Source: Thermodesulfobacteriota bacterium (GTDB lineage: Bacteria > Desulfobacterota_D > UBA1144 > Nemesobacterales > UBA2774). From it: a DNA stretch of 64,000 bases. Position 1 is the stretch's first letter. Every line of letters begins with the position of its first letter. The stretch lies in contig OZ244197.1 in the NCBI GenBank assembly GCA_965216785.1, forward strand, positions 320,001 through 384,000. The letters are read 5' to 3'. Position numbers and translations under genes: made by a program. Below are positions 10,140-20,076 of this stretch, piece after piece. Below the pieces are notes generated by a model. That model was given only the letters and a program-made list of their open reading frames with translations. It made no database searches and had not been told where the DNA came from.

Positions 10140-10375
10140 TCGGTCTCTTCCTCTTCTTCAGTCTCCGAGTCTTCCTGCCCAGCTTCTTGTTCCTGATCGA
10201 GCAGTGCTTCTTCCTCTGCGATTTCGTCTTCGAAAACAAGGGGCTCGCCCTTATCTTCAACATCGGGCAGGCCTTTTACGTATTTGTCGTAATCTTTTTT
10301 GGAAACTGCGCCTTCCCTAATATTCCTGTCTACAATTCTTACATCGTAATCTAATTCTTCTTTATTCTTGGTCAT
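10136..10375 (-). CDS. Small hypothetical protein with acidic tail (start ATG 10375)
   Basis: GGAGG RBS at 10381-10385 (minus strand); DVRIVDRNIREG...YVKGLPDV; ATGA overlap with the next gene. Confidence 0.7.
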   Translation of the reverse strand: MTKNKEELDYDVRIVDRNIREGAVSKKDYDKYVKGLPDVEDKGEPLVFEDEIAEEEALLDQEQEAGQEDSETEEEEETE

Positions 10376-10465
10376 ATATACCTCCGGCCCAATTAAAGAT
10401 ACCCTAAGATAGGCGTTTCGCAATTGAGGGTTTTGAAAACAATATAAAGTGAAAAGTTGTTAGTG

Positions 10466-11392
10466 TTATACCGCACTATTTTCCTTAAACCATAGCCAAG
10501 TATTTTTAATCCCCTCGCTAAGAGTTGTCTCGGGCGTCCATCCGAGCGCTTCTCCCGCAAGCTTAACGTCAAGACTGATGCTTTGCACCTCGCCCGGGCG
10601 CGGGTCCATGTACTTTACATTGAAATCTTCCCCAGATGCTGACTTGAGCTCGTCGATCAGACCGTTTACTGAGGTTTCTATCTCAGTTCCTATGTTATAG
10701 CTTCCCTCAGAGACGCCAAGAGCGAGCACATTGGCGCGCGCTACGTCGCCCGCGTATACGTAGTCCCGTGTCTGCTTACCGTCACCGAATACAAGACAAT
10801 CATCTGAGGACAGTATACGGCTGCAAAATATAGCGATAACCCCGGCTTCTCCGTGAGGGTTTTGTCTGGGACCGTAGACGTTCGCGTAGCGGAGAGCAAC
10901 GTAATCGAGTGAGTGAATGTGCCTGTAGTACTGAAGATATTTTTCCACGGCGTACTTGGAAGTCCCATATGGGGAAATGGGCATTGGGGGAGTACTCTCA
11001 TCGGCCGGGATGTCTTCGGGCTCTCCATAAATGGCCCCACCGGTGGATGCGAATATGAATTTCCCCACACTGTTAGCCACGCACGATTCAAGGAGATTCA
11101 GGGAGCCGATAATGTTAACGCCCGCATCGAACATCGGATTCTCTACCGATTTTCGTACGTCTATCTGAGCCGCATGGTGGTTTACAATATCCGGCTTAAA
11201 CCCCGAGATTGTTTTATCTACCACACCACGATCTGTAATATCACCCTCTACAAATTCTGCCTTCCGGGGAACGTTATCCATTAAGCCTGAGGATAAGTTG
11301 TCGAGAACTAAAACCTCGTGACCTTCTTGGATGAAAGCATCAGCTACCCAGGAACCGATAAACCCCGCGCCGCCCGTGACTAAGATTTTCAT
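10466..11392 (-). CDS. NAD-dependent epimerase/dehydratase (UDP-glucose 4-epimerase-like)
   Basis: TGGAGFIG, HAAQ, STGGAIYG, YGTSK, RYANVYGPRQ. Confidence 0.92.
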   Translation of the reverse strand: MKILVTGGAGFIGSWVADAFIQEGHEVLVLDNLSSGLMDNVPRKAEFVEGDITDRGVVDKTISGFKPDIVNHHAAQIDVRKSVENPMFDAGVNIIGSLNLLESCVANSVGKFIFASTGGAIYGEPEDIPADESTPPMPISPYGTSKYAVEKYLQYYRHIHSLDYVALRYANVYGPRQNPHGEAGVIAIFCSRILSSDDCLVFGDGKQTRDYVYAGDVARANVLALGVSEGSYNIGTEIETSVNGLIDELKSASGEDFNVKYMDPRPGEVQSISLDVKLAGEALGWTPETTLSEGIKNTWLWFKENSAV

Positions 11393-11626
11393 ATATGAAA
11401 CCTCTTATAATATTTTAGGATAATTGTTTAGGATAACCCCATTTAGATATTTAATGCGTAAGCAACTTCGCGTAACAAAGCTAATATTCACTTCAAACTA
11501 CTGTGTTGTCAATAACTTTGTCGTCTATCTTGTAATATGAGTCGAAAAACAAGGTCATTTTACCTATTCAGAGGAGAATAGCCTTACCTAAGATAAGACA
11601 AAATTATGTACCGATTGACACCAATT

Positions 11627-11641
11627 TGACAAATTTTGTCA
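11627..11641. promoter_or_regulatory. Perfect palindrome, candidate enhancer-binding protein site (UAS)
   Basis: TGACAAA-T-TTTGTCA about 90 bp upstream of the sigma54 box; a degenerate copy GACAAAATTATGTA lies at 11597-11610. Confidence 0.55.
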
Positions 11642-11729
11642 TCTGTGAATTTACCTTGATTTACCACCTGTCATAGCCACGCAAGAGATTTGTTGAATGA
11701 TATCAGCCTATTACATATCGTATTTCAAG

Positions 11730-11745
11730 TGGCATGAACATTGCT
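11730..11745 (+). promoter_or_regulatory. Sigma54 (-24/-12) promoter
   Basis: TGGCATG-AACA-TTGCT matches TGGCACG-N4-TTGCW with exact spacing, 56 bp before the sigma factor ATG. Confidence 0.8.
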
Positions 11746-11801
11746 TATAAGATTGCTGAGGAGCAGATAGCAGAAAGTAAATGAAGGATGGAGGATAAAA
11801 A

Positions 11802-13010
11802 ATGGATCGGAACAACGCGGATAGACAAAATAGTTTGCAGGGGGACAATTATTTGAACTACTCAAACTACTCGAACAACAAGGGGCAGAAGAGCTCGATC
11901 GTATCGGATCAGTTTAACTCCACAAGTGGAGGGGGATCACAGAAACCCAAGAGCAAAGTAATTGCGGATGATGATTACAGGCTGTTGCAGACATACTTTA
12001 AAGACGTTGGAGAAGAGGGGCTCCTGACCGCTAAAGAGGAGTTCCAGATAGCTACTAAAATAAAGACTTACAGCGCAAGATCGCTCGCGCTTGAAGGGAC
12101 AGTAGAGCAGCTAACGAAGAAGCTGGAGAAAAAAACCCGCTCCAATGTCTGTACTTGCCGGGTACAAAATGATAAACACGAAACCCCTAAGAACCCTGAG
12201 AAGCTGTGCGAAAGGGGGCTCTTGAAGAAGAACCTGAATAGAGCAAGCGCTCTAATGAGGGTCTATAGAAATCAGGAAACGCTGTATAAGGAAAGGTTCA
12301 CTAAATCCAACTTGAGGCTGGTCGTGAGTATCGCAAAGAATTACATAGGACGAGGCTTACCGCTGGCAGACCTTGTGCAGGAAGGAAACCTGGGACTGAT
12401 TAAGGCCGTTGAGAAATTCGAGCCGTCTAAGGGTTACAGATTCTCTACTTACGCCTCCTGGTGGATTATCCAGAGCATTACAAGATCATTATTTGATCAA
12501 ACAAGAGTTATAAGAGTACCGGTAAGGGTGCTGGAGCAATCCAACAAGATCAACAAGACCATAAATATGCTCACAAATGAACACGGTGATAAACCAAAAA
12601 TGGAAGACGTCGCTAAAAAGACAGGCCTTAGCCTGAAAAAAGTAAATAAGGTTATGAAAGCGACTTCAACAAGTATTATTTATCTTGACGCCGTAAGCGC
12701 CAACAGCCAGGAAGGAAAAAACAGCTTTGTGGATTATATACCGGACGAGGGACTTCCCACAGACACCGTGCTATCAAATGTTTCCATGCAGAACAAGGTG
12801 AAGGAAGCACTTTCGAACCTGAGCGACAGGGAAGAGGATATCCTCAGAATGCGCTTTGGTATCGGGTATGACGACTCCTACACGCTCGATGAGATAGGAT
12901 GCCGCTATAGTTTGACGAGGGAGCGTATCAGGCAGATTGAAAGACGCGCTCTTAAGAAGCTCAGACAAAACGGCACTGGTGCTGTGCTTAAGGAGTTTAT
13001 TACTAACTAA
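11802..13010 (+). CDS. Sigma-70 family RNA polymerase sigma factor, RpoD/RpoS-like, lacking acidic region 1.1
   Basis: Region 1.2 YFKDVG..LLT..EE; region 2 SNLRLVVSIAK, DLVQEGNLGL, RFSTYASWWI; region 4 TLDEIG..LTRERIRQIE. Confidence 0.93.
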   Translation: MDRNNADRQNSLQGDNYLNYSNYSNNKGQKSSIVSDQFNSTSGGGSQKPKSKVIADDDYRLLQTYFKDVGEEGLLTAKEEFQIATKIKTYSARSLALEGTVEQLTKKLEKKTRSNVCTCRVQNDKHETPKNPEKLCERGLLKKNLNRASALMRVYRNQETLYKERFTKSNLRLVVSIAKNYIGRGLPLADLVQEGNLGLIKAVEKFEPSKGYRFSTYASWWIIQSITRSLFDQTRVIRVPVRVLEQSNKINKTINMLTNEHGDKPKMEDVAKKTGLSLKKVNKVMKATSTSIIYLDAVSANSQEGKNSFVDYIPDEGLPTDTVLSNVSMQNKVKEALSNLSDREEDILRMRFGIGYDDSYTLDEIGCRYSLTRERIRQIERRALKKLRQNGTGAVLKEFITN

Positions 13011-13032
13011 GCTTTAGATAACCCAATGAAAG

Positions 13033-14034
13033 TTAATTGCCGGGGGCTAGGGACTCGATGGTGTCCCTAACAACCTGGCGCGTAGCTTTGGGCGGAAACA
13101 GCAGTATCGGGGTAGTGGCGCCACGGGCGCGGTAGTTTTCAATCAGCGCCCTTCCCTTTTCGGCCGTACCCCAGATGGAGAGCGAATCGAGCATTTCATC
13201 GCTTACGCTCCGTAGCGCTTTTACCCTGTCTTTATTTTTAAACGCATTCACTATATTTTTAGCTTCATTCTCAAAACCATGCCGGCTGACCGTATTGTAG
13301 TAATACGTTCCCATGGCGCCTATGTAGTGCGCAATGTGCTCCTGAAGCGCTTTCTTTGAGGATTTCTCATCACTTGAAACCGCCGATGCAATATATGGAC
13401 AAATATTTATTTCGCCAATATCCCTACCCGCTGACTCAGCACCAAGAGACAAGTGCTCAGCGGCATCCTTTAACCCCTGAACCGGGATGAGAAAGGGTAT
13501 CCAGCCGTCTGCCACCTCCCCTGCAAGGTACGTGTTCTTCGGCCCTATGGCCGCAATGAGTATGGGTATGTCACTCCGCAGGGGTTTAAACTGGAGCTTG
13601 AAATTCTTGAGCTTAAATATCTCGCCCTCGTAATTTACCCTCTCATAGTTAAGGGCCATCTTAATGATCTCTACGTATTCCCTGGTCCTTTGAAGAGGTT
13701 TTTCGTATTTTATCCCGTGCCAATTTTCAATTACGATTGGACCGCTGGTGCCGATCCCGAGCATGATGCGCCCGCCGGAGATTTCATCAAGCGTGGCCGC
13801 ACTCTGGGCTATCATGGCGGGGGTTCTGCTGAAAACGGAGATTATCCCGGTTGCGAGTTTTATCTTTGAGGTCCTCGCCGCCAGGTGACCAATGAGCGAG
13901 AACGCGTCCCTGCCCCACATCTCGGGCACCCAAACGGAGTCGTAGCCGAGCTCTTCGGCGAGCTTTGCGTACTCTACGAGCTCGTCCATTGTAATATCGC
14001 TCCAGTAAGGCGCGACTATCCCGATTGTAGACAT
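13033..14034 (-). CDS. LLM-class oxidoreductase, probably F420-dependent (start ATG 14034)
   Basis: AEELGYDSVWVPEMWGRD, RTPAMIAQSAATLDEISGGR..LGIGTSGP.VIENWHG, AAIGPK, GEVADGW. Confidence 0.85.
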   Translation of the reverse strand: MSTIGIVAPYWSDITMDELVEYAKLAEELGYDSVWVPEMWGRDAFSLIGHLAARTSKIKLATGIISVFSRTPAMIAQSAATLDEISGGRIMLGIGTSGPIVIENWHGIKYEKPLQRTREYVEIIKMALNYERVNYEGEIFKLKNFKLQFKPLRSDIPILIAAIGPKNTYLAGEVADGWIPFLIPVQGLKDAAEHLSLGAESAGRDIGEINICPYIASAVSSDEKSSKKALQEHIAHYIGAMGTYYYNTVSRHGFENEAKNIVNAFKNKDRVKALRSVSDEMLDSLSIWGTAEKGRALIENYRARGATTPILLFPPKATRQVVRDTIESLAPGN

Positions 14035-14170
14035 CAAGGACTCCTCCCCTTTTAGCTTATCTATACCCAAATCTCGAAGCAATTACATTTACAACCCATG
14101 GTTGTATGATACATAGTATACTATCTCTCGAATATGAGAAAAGAGAAATTAGATACCGGAGAGTTAACGC

Positions 14171-15145
14171 ATGACTGAAACTAATAACGAAAAACTTATG
14201 AGTGCCGCAAGGATCGCGGTGAATGACTGTATGGCTGTAAAGCCGGGAGAAAGCGTGCTCGTGATAACCGACGAGCCTGCAAGATCAATAGGCTACGCCC
14301 TTTGGGAGGCTTCCAAAGAGGCCGGGGCAGAGGCGATAATAACGGAGATTACCCCTAGGGAATCAAACGGCGAGGAGCCTCCCCTTGCGGTAGCCGGGCT
14401 TATGAAAGATGTGGATGTAGTACTGATACCCACATCTAAATCGCTTAGCCATACGGATTCAAGACGTGAGGCAAGCAAAGCGGGGGTCAGGATAGCAACG
14501 CTTCCCGGGATTACAGAAGACATGATGATCCGCACGCTAAACGCAGACTTTAACCAAATAGCTGAGAAGAGCAATAAGCTTGCTGACATCCTGAGCGCGG
14601 GGACGAACGTGAGGGTAACATCTGAGAAAGGCACGGATATAAACCTCGTATTGGAATCCAGAGAAGGTCAGCCCGATACGGGACTTAACCACAACTCGGG
14701 TGACTTTAGCAACCTTCCAGCGGGGGAGGCGTACGCAGCTCCGCTAGAGGGAAAATCAAGCGGCACAGTGGTTATGGACGGCTCGATGGCAGGAGTGGGA
14801 ATTCTAGAAGGTGAGGTAATACGAATAAAAGTACAAGACGGCTATGCCGTGGAAATCTCAGGCGGAGAGGCCGCGGAAAAACTGGAATCCATTATGAAGC
14901 CGCATGGGAAAGACGCTTATAACCTTGCGGAGCTAGGAATCGGAACCCATGACAAGGCCCTTATAACCGGAAACGTGCTCGAGGACGAAAAGGTAATAGG
15001 AACTGTGCACATTGCATTCGGTGACAACAAGAGCATGGGAGGGGTGATAAGGGTGGCGAGTCATTTAGACGGCGTCATAATGGAGCCTACGGTTGAGGTT
15101 GACGGCGAGGTTATAATGAGGGCTGGAGAGTTTCTCATATTTTAA
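14171..15145 (+). CDS. Aminopeptidase, M29 / aminopeptidase T-like
   Basis: NLPAGEAY, AELGIG, EDEKVIGTVHIAFGDN, SHLDG metal-ligand motifs. Confidence 0.85.
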   Translation: MTETNNEKLMSAARIAVNDCMAVKPGESVLVITDEPARSIGYALWEASKEAGAEAIITEITPRESNGEEPPLAVAGLMKDVDVVLIPTSKSLSHTDSRREASKAGVRIATLPGITEDMMIRTLNADFNQIAEKSNKLADILSAGTNVRVTSEKGTDINLVLESREGQPDTGLNHNSGDFSNLPAGEAYAAPLEGKSSGTVVMDGSMAGVGILEGEVIRIKVQDGYAVEISGGEAAEKLESIMKPHGKDAYNLAELGIGTHDKALITGNVLEDEKVIGTVHIAFGDNKSMGGVIRVASHLDGVIMEPTVEVDGEVIMRAGEFLIF

Positions 15146-15187
15146 GTTAAGGGCGATACCTCCGGGTTCTGTGGTAAATTTATTCTA

Positions 15188-17437
15188 ATGGAAACTTCTA
15201 TAAGTAACCTTATATTTTTAAATCCCCCGGGTATATTCGAGGCTGTATTACTAGTACTCTTAGCTGTAGTAGTCGTCTACGGATCGTACAGGAGCACTAG
15301 ATTTCTGACTGACGGCAAAAAGAAATTTGCCCTTATCTCACTGCACGCGCTTTCCTTCGTTCTGATAGCGTTCCTGCTCCTTAACCCTGCCCTAAGGAAA
15401 GAGTCCTATAAGGAGGAGAAGAAAAACCTGAGTGTTATTGTAGACAGCTCGTTTAGCATGAGTCTTTCAGGAGATGAGAGCGGGAATACCAGGATAGATA
15501 GAGTCCGGGGGTTTTTAGACAAAAACACCGGCTTCTTTACCGAGATTGAAGAGAACTACATCGTTGAGTACTTAAGTTTCGATGACACTCTCGAGCCCAC
15601 GTCTAAAGAAGCTGTATTCGAAGATGAGCCCCTCGGGAAGCATACGAGTTTCGGAAATCTAGTTAGGGAGCTAAAGGAAAAGAGGGATAGGGGTGAGACA
15701 GATATTGCTATCCTCATTTCTGACGGCGGCAGGGAGGATGGTCGATCCGTGGAGATTTTAGATGATTTAGAGGACGTGGATTTCCCGATCAACTCCGTAA
15801 GCCCTGTATCCGGCACGTCGGAGAACGATGTATGGATAGATGATATAAACGCGAGCGAGGTAACTTTTCTAAGATACGAATTCCCGGTTGAGGTTGTTGT
15901 TAAGACAAACAGAAAAGACGGGATAGACCTTCCGGTCTCACTTTATGAAGACAATAGGCTCATTTCCATTAAGGAGGTCTATCTGCCTCCGAAGACCAAA
16001 GAAGGAATTGTCAGCTTTGAGATAAACCCTATAACTCTCGGGAGAAAAATCTACACGGTTTCTGTGCCTAAAGTATCTGGTGATCAGATTCCTGAGAACA
16101 ACGAAAAATCTTTTTTCACCGACGTTATTATTAACAAGATACGGGTGCTGCATGTAGCGGGGAGCCCGTCCTGGGACGTCAGGTTTATGAGAAGGGCGAT
16201 GAAGAGAAACCCGAACATCGATCTCGTTTCATTTTTTATCCTGAGGGACCCCTCTGACCTGGTGTTCGCTTCCGAGAGTGAGCTCAGCCTGATCCCCTTC
16301 CCGGTAAATGAAATATTCGGAAGCGAGCTTAAAAGCTTTGACGTAGTCATATTCCAGAATTTTAACTTTCAGCCCTACGGGATATTCGGCTTTCACTTGA
16401 GGAGTGTTAAGGACTATATAACCCAGGAGGGAGGAGCGTTTTTAATGATCGGGGGCAATAAGAGCTTTGAGAGCGGAAACTACGGGAGAACTCCGATCTC
16501 CGACATTTTACCCGTAGAGCTCGATTATCTCCCGCGCACGCTGTCCGATTCGATAAGCGATCAGGCGTTCAGACCGGAGCTAACTCAAGCGGGTAGGAAC
16601 CACCCGATAATGAGAATAATTCCTAACAAAGATGAGAACGAGAGATACTGGGACAATATGCCCGAGCTCGAGGGGCTTAATATAGTAAACGGCGTCGACC
16701 CGGACGCTGCGACCCTGCTCAAGACACCACAAGGAGAGCCTCTGCTCGCTGTAGGCGAGGTAGAGAAGGGAAAAGTGGCCGCATTTCTATCCGACTCCTC
16801 ATGGAGGTGGAATTTCGTGGGCGCGGGAGACGGGGACTTATCACCTTATTACGGAAAATTCTGGAACAGGCTTTTCCTCTGGTTCGTGGATGACCCGGAA
16901 CTACAGAATATCCGGATTAGCACGGACAAAGCAATCTACAATCCCGGAGACAGCGCTAAAATTGAGGTCAGGGGATCGGAAGCTGATATTACAGAAAAGG
17001 ATACTAAGCCAGTGTTAATACTTCCCGGCGGAGAAGAGGAAGATATAAAAATCGAGAAGACTTCTGAGAACGGATACAGCGGACAGATAAGGGTAAGCGA
17101 GTACGGGAATTACAGGCTTACTGTATCAGATGATGATTACGATTTATTTACCGACTCTGATAATAATGGTATATCATTTAGCGTAGAGCCTGCCGAGAAC
17201 GAAGTCAGGGGCCCGACTGCGAATAAAGGGCTTTTGGAATCAATAGCCGAGAATACAGGCGGGAGATTTATTACTACGGAACAAAGCCCTGGGAAGCTCG
17301 GTATAGATCACAGGAAAAAGAGGACGATAACGGGCTATGAGACTGTGGAGCTTTGGGACAGCCCGATCTTTTTCTTCCTGCTTGTGGGGCTTCTTTCAGG
17401 AGAGTGGCTCCTTAGAAGAAGGTGGGGTCTAAAATAA
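15188..17437 (+). CDS. Membrane protein with VWA domain and glutamine-amidotransferase-like domain
   Basis: Two N-terminal TM helices, MIDAS DSSFS...T...LISDG, GGAFLMIGG..SF, SWRW, C-terminal EWLLRRRWGL anchor. Confidence 0.8.
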   Translation: METSISNLIFLNPPGIFEAVLLVLLAVVVVYGSYRSTRFLTDGKKKFALISLHALSFVLIAFLLLNPALRKESYKEEKKNLSVIVDSSFSMSLSGDESGNTRIDRVRGFLDKNTGFFTEIEENYIVEYLSFDDTLEPTSKEAVFEDEPLGKHTSFGNLVRELKEKRDRGETDIAILISDGGREDGRSVEILDDLEDVDFPINSVSPVSGTSENDVWIDDINASEVTFLRYEFPVEVVVKTNRKDGIDLPVSLYEDNRLISIKEVYLPPKTKEGIVSFEINPITLGRKIYTVSVPKVSGDQIPENNEKSFFTDVIINKIRVLHVAGSPSWDVRFMRRAMKRNPNIDLVSFFILRDPSDLVFASESELSLIPFPVNEIFGSELKSFDVVIFQNFNFQPYGIFGFHLRSVKDYITQEGGAFLMIGGNKSFESGNYGRTPISDILPVELDYLPRTLSDSISDQAFRPELTQAGRNHPIMRIIPNKDENERYWDNMPELEGLNIVNGVDPDAATLLKTPQGEPLLAVGEVEKGKVAAFLSDSSWRWNFVGAGDGDLSPYYGKFWNRLFLWFVDDPELQNIRISTDKAIYNPGDSAKIEVRGSEADITEKDTKPVLILPGGEEEDIKIEKTSENGYSGQIRVSEYGNYRLTVSDDDYDLFTDSDNNGISFSVEPAENEVRGPTANKGLLESIAENTGGRFITTEQSPGKLGIDHRKKRTITGYETVELWDSPIFFFLLVGLLSGEWLLRRRWGLK

Positions 17438-17476
17438 AGAATATATTCTCATTTCTGATAGGTAGAGTGTAAAAAG

Positions 17477-18241
17477 ATGATACTAGCAGTAGACATAGGT
17501 AACACCAATATAGTATTCGGACTATTCAATGGGGATGAGATTGTATGCGATTGGCGGGTCGGGACCGATAAAGCGAAGACTTCTGATGAGTATGGGCTCC
17601 TCTTTAAAAACCTTCTCGAGTTTAGAGGAATTGACATTGATAACGTAGATGGGGCCGCGATATCTTGCGTAGTGCCTACGATACTTGGCACGATAACGGA
17701 CGCTATAGATACCTATTTCAATGTGGACGCCATAGTAGTAGGCCCGGGAGTAAAATCGGGAATGCCCATTTTGTATCACAACCCAAAAGAGGTAGGTGCG
17801 GATAGGATATGTAACGGTGTGGCAGCCTTTGAGAAGTATAAAAGCAATGTGATAGTTGTGGATTTTGGCACGGCGACGACATTTGACTGCATCTCGGAAA
17901 AGGGCGAGTATATGGGCGGCATAATAACACCGGGGCTAATGATTTCGGCCGAAGCGCTTTACCGAGAAGCCTCCAAGCTTCCGAGAGTGGAAATCATGAA
18001 GCCGGAAAACGTGATAGGGAAAACTACAGTTGAGAGTATGCAGTCGGGTCTCGTATACGGATACGCCGGGCTAGTTGACGGCATAGTGGCGAATATCCGT
18101 GAAGAGATGAAAACAAGCCCGGGGGTAATTGCCACAGGAGGGTCCGCGAACCTCATAGCAACTGAGAGTAAAGCTATCGAATCTGTAGACGAGTTTCTCA
18201 CACTAAAGGGACTTAAGCTTATTTATGAACGAAACCTCTAG
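17477..18241 (+). CDS. coaX: Type III pantothenate kinase
   Basis: [37 protein letters not shown]. Confidence 0.96.
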   Translation: MILAVDIGNTNIVFGLFNGDEIVCDWRVGTDKAKTSDEYGLLFKNLLEFRGIDIDNVDGAAISCVVPTILGTITDAIDTYFNVDAIVVGPGVKSGMPILYHNPKEVGADRICNGVAAFEKYKSNVIVVDFGTATTFDCISEKGEYMGGIITPGLMISAEALYREASKLPRVEIMKPENVIGKTTVESMQSGLVYGYAGLVDGIVANIREEMKTSPGVIATGGSANLIATESKAIESVDEFLTLKGLKLIYERNL

Positions 18242-18617
18242 ATTTATAATCCGGCACCATAAAACAAATAGACCGCACTATGATCTGACTCTTGAGAATA
18301 ATAAAGAGATAAGGTCATGGATTTTGCCCGGGGGAGTTCCGGGAGTAGAAAAAGAGAGGAAGATTGCGATTGAAGAGGCTGGGGAAGATATGTCTATTGA
18401 TGAATCCCTGGATGACATTTATAAGGATGCTTACGGACAAGGGCGGCTTAAGACCTGGGACAGCGGCCCTTACAGCATACTTACCGAAAACAGCATAAAA
18501 TATATAATCTCGGCAAGCGGAGAAAAATTTAAAGGCCGCTACCTCCTGCATAATCCCGGATGGGGAAGATGGACGAAGAAGAAGCTGTGGGTTATCGAGA
18601 AAGTCCCTGCCAAGTAA
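18225..18617 (+). CDS. Stand-alone LigD 3'-phosphoesterase-like domain protein (degenerate)
   Basis: RFIIRHH...HYDLTLE...SWILPGG...YGQG...WDSGPY...KFKGRYLL follows the LigD_N pattern. Confidence 0.75.
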   Translation: MNETSRFIIRHHKTNRPHYDLTLENNKEIRSWILPGGVPGVEKERKIAIEEAGEDMSIDESLDDIYKDAYGQGRLKTWDSGPYSILTENSIKYIISASGEKFKGRYLLHNPGWGRWTKKKLWVIEKVPAK

Positions 18618-18712
18618 TTCAGACTCAAAATATTTCCGAAATTTGTGTAAAGTAGTCTTATGCCGGTCCTCTTTAAAAAACCAGGCATTTACTAAACCTA
18701 TACGGTCTCTGT

Positions 18713-20053
18713 ATGACTAAATATGCGATTATCATAATAAGCGCGCTTTGCTCAGTGGCTCTATACCAATTCGCGCCTATTGATAAGAACGTTTTGAAAG
18801 GGCTTTCGATACTGCTGTTCATAGCTGCCCTATGGCTGACCGAAGCCCTTCCGATTACGGTCACAGCGCTGATAGTGCCGGTGCTGGCTGTTATAACGGG
18901 TATTTTCAACGTTAAAGAGGCTCTGAGCTACTTCGCGCACCCGATAATATTCTTGTTCCTCGGAGGTTTCGGACTGGCGGCGGCCTTGCACAAGTACAGC
19001 TTGGACGAGCTTTTCGCCGGCTATATAATGAAAGCCGCCGGCACGAAAATGCTGTACTCGATACTAGGGCTATTCGTATCAACCGCGGTTCTGAGCATGT
19101 GGATAAGCAACACGGCGACGACCGCTATAATGCTTCCCGTTGCTCTCGGACTTATAGCGAGCCTTAAAGAAAAGAACGCGGCGAACGAAACTTTCATTCT
19201 GCTCGGGGTCGCTTACTCGGCCAATATCGGCGGTATAGGAACCATAATAGGAAGCCCGCCGAATGCCATAACCGCAGCGAACCTGGGCCTTAGCTTCAGC
19301 GAATGGTTAAGTATCGGAATTCCAGCCGTATTGGTACTGTTCCCCGTGATGATAGTAGTACTCTATTTCAAATTAAGACCAAGGCTTCCGGAAGTAAGAA
19401 CGGTCCGTAAAACAACAGTGGAGCTAGTATTCAGTAATCCTAAGAGTTATAAGGTCGCGGCTATATTTGCAATCACCGTGCTACTGTGGTTATTTAGCAA
19501 ACCCCTCTCATCACTCTTGGGGATAGAAAAGAATTTTGACTCGCTTATCGCTGTGTTCGCGATAGTGTTACTTGTGCTTTTCAGAACTATCAGGTGGAAG
19601 GAGGTGGAGCGCTTTACGGACTGGGGGGTGCTGCTCTTATTTGGCGGGGGACTCGTGCTGAGCGGAGTATTGGGAGAGACGGGGGCGAGCAGATACCTTG
19701 CAGGGATAGTCGAATCCGGCATGTCCCACTACGGTCTATTACTTTTGCTCTTGGGTTCAGTAACACTAATGATTTTCTTGACGGAGTTTGCGAGTAACAC
19801 GGCGAGCGCGGCGATTATGGTACCTATATTTCTGACCCTCGGCCAAGAGCTTTCACTCGCCTCGCCTGATGTGCTGGCTCTGAGCGCGGGGATAGCGGCA
19901 TCATGCGCTTTTATGCTCCCGGTCGCGACACCGCCAAACGCGCTGGTTTTCGGAACGGAAAAGATAAAACAGCGGACAATGATAAAAACGGGCCTAGTAC
20001 TAAATATAATATCGGCGCTGATTATAGCCGTTATGGCCTATTTTATAATCTAA
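18713..20053 (+). CDS. DASS/SLC13 sodium:dicarboxylate (or sulfate) symporter
   Basis: FAHPIIFLFLGGF, two SNT motifs (WISNTAT, FASNTAS), GSPPN, FMLPVATPPN. Confidence 0.92.
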   Translation: MTKYAIIIISALCSVALYQFAPIDKNVLKGLSILLFIAALWLTEALPITVTALIVPVLAVITGIFNVKEALSYFAHPIIFLFLGGFGLAAALHKYSLDELFAGYIMKAAGTKMLYSILGLFVSTAVLSMWISNTATTAIMLPVALGLIASLKEKNAANETFILLGVAYSANIGGIGTIIGSPPNAITAANLGLSFSEWLSIGIPAVLVLFPVMIVVLYFKLRPRLPEVRTVRKTTVELVFSNPKSYKVAAIFAITVLLWLFSKPLSSLLGIEKNFDSLIAVFAIVLLVLFRTIRWKEVERFTDWGVLLLFGGGLVLSGVLGETGASRYLAGIVESGMSHYGLLLLLLGSVTLMIFLTEFASNTASAAIMVPIFLTLGQELSLASPDVLALSAGIAASCAFMLPVATPPNALVFGTEKIKQRTMIKTGLVLNIISALIIAVMAYFII

Positions 20054-20076
20054 ACAGCAGAGAATCAAAGAGTGCA

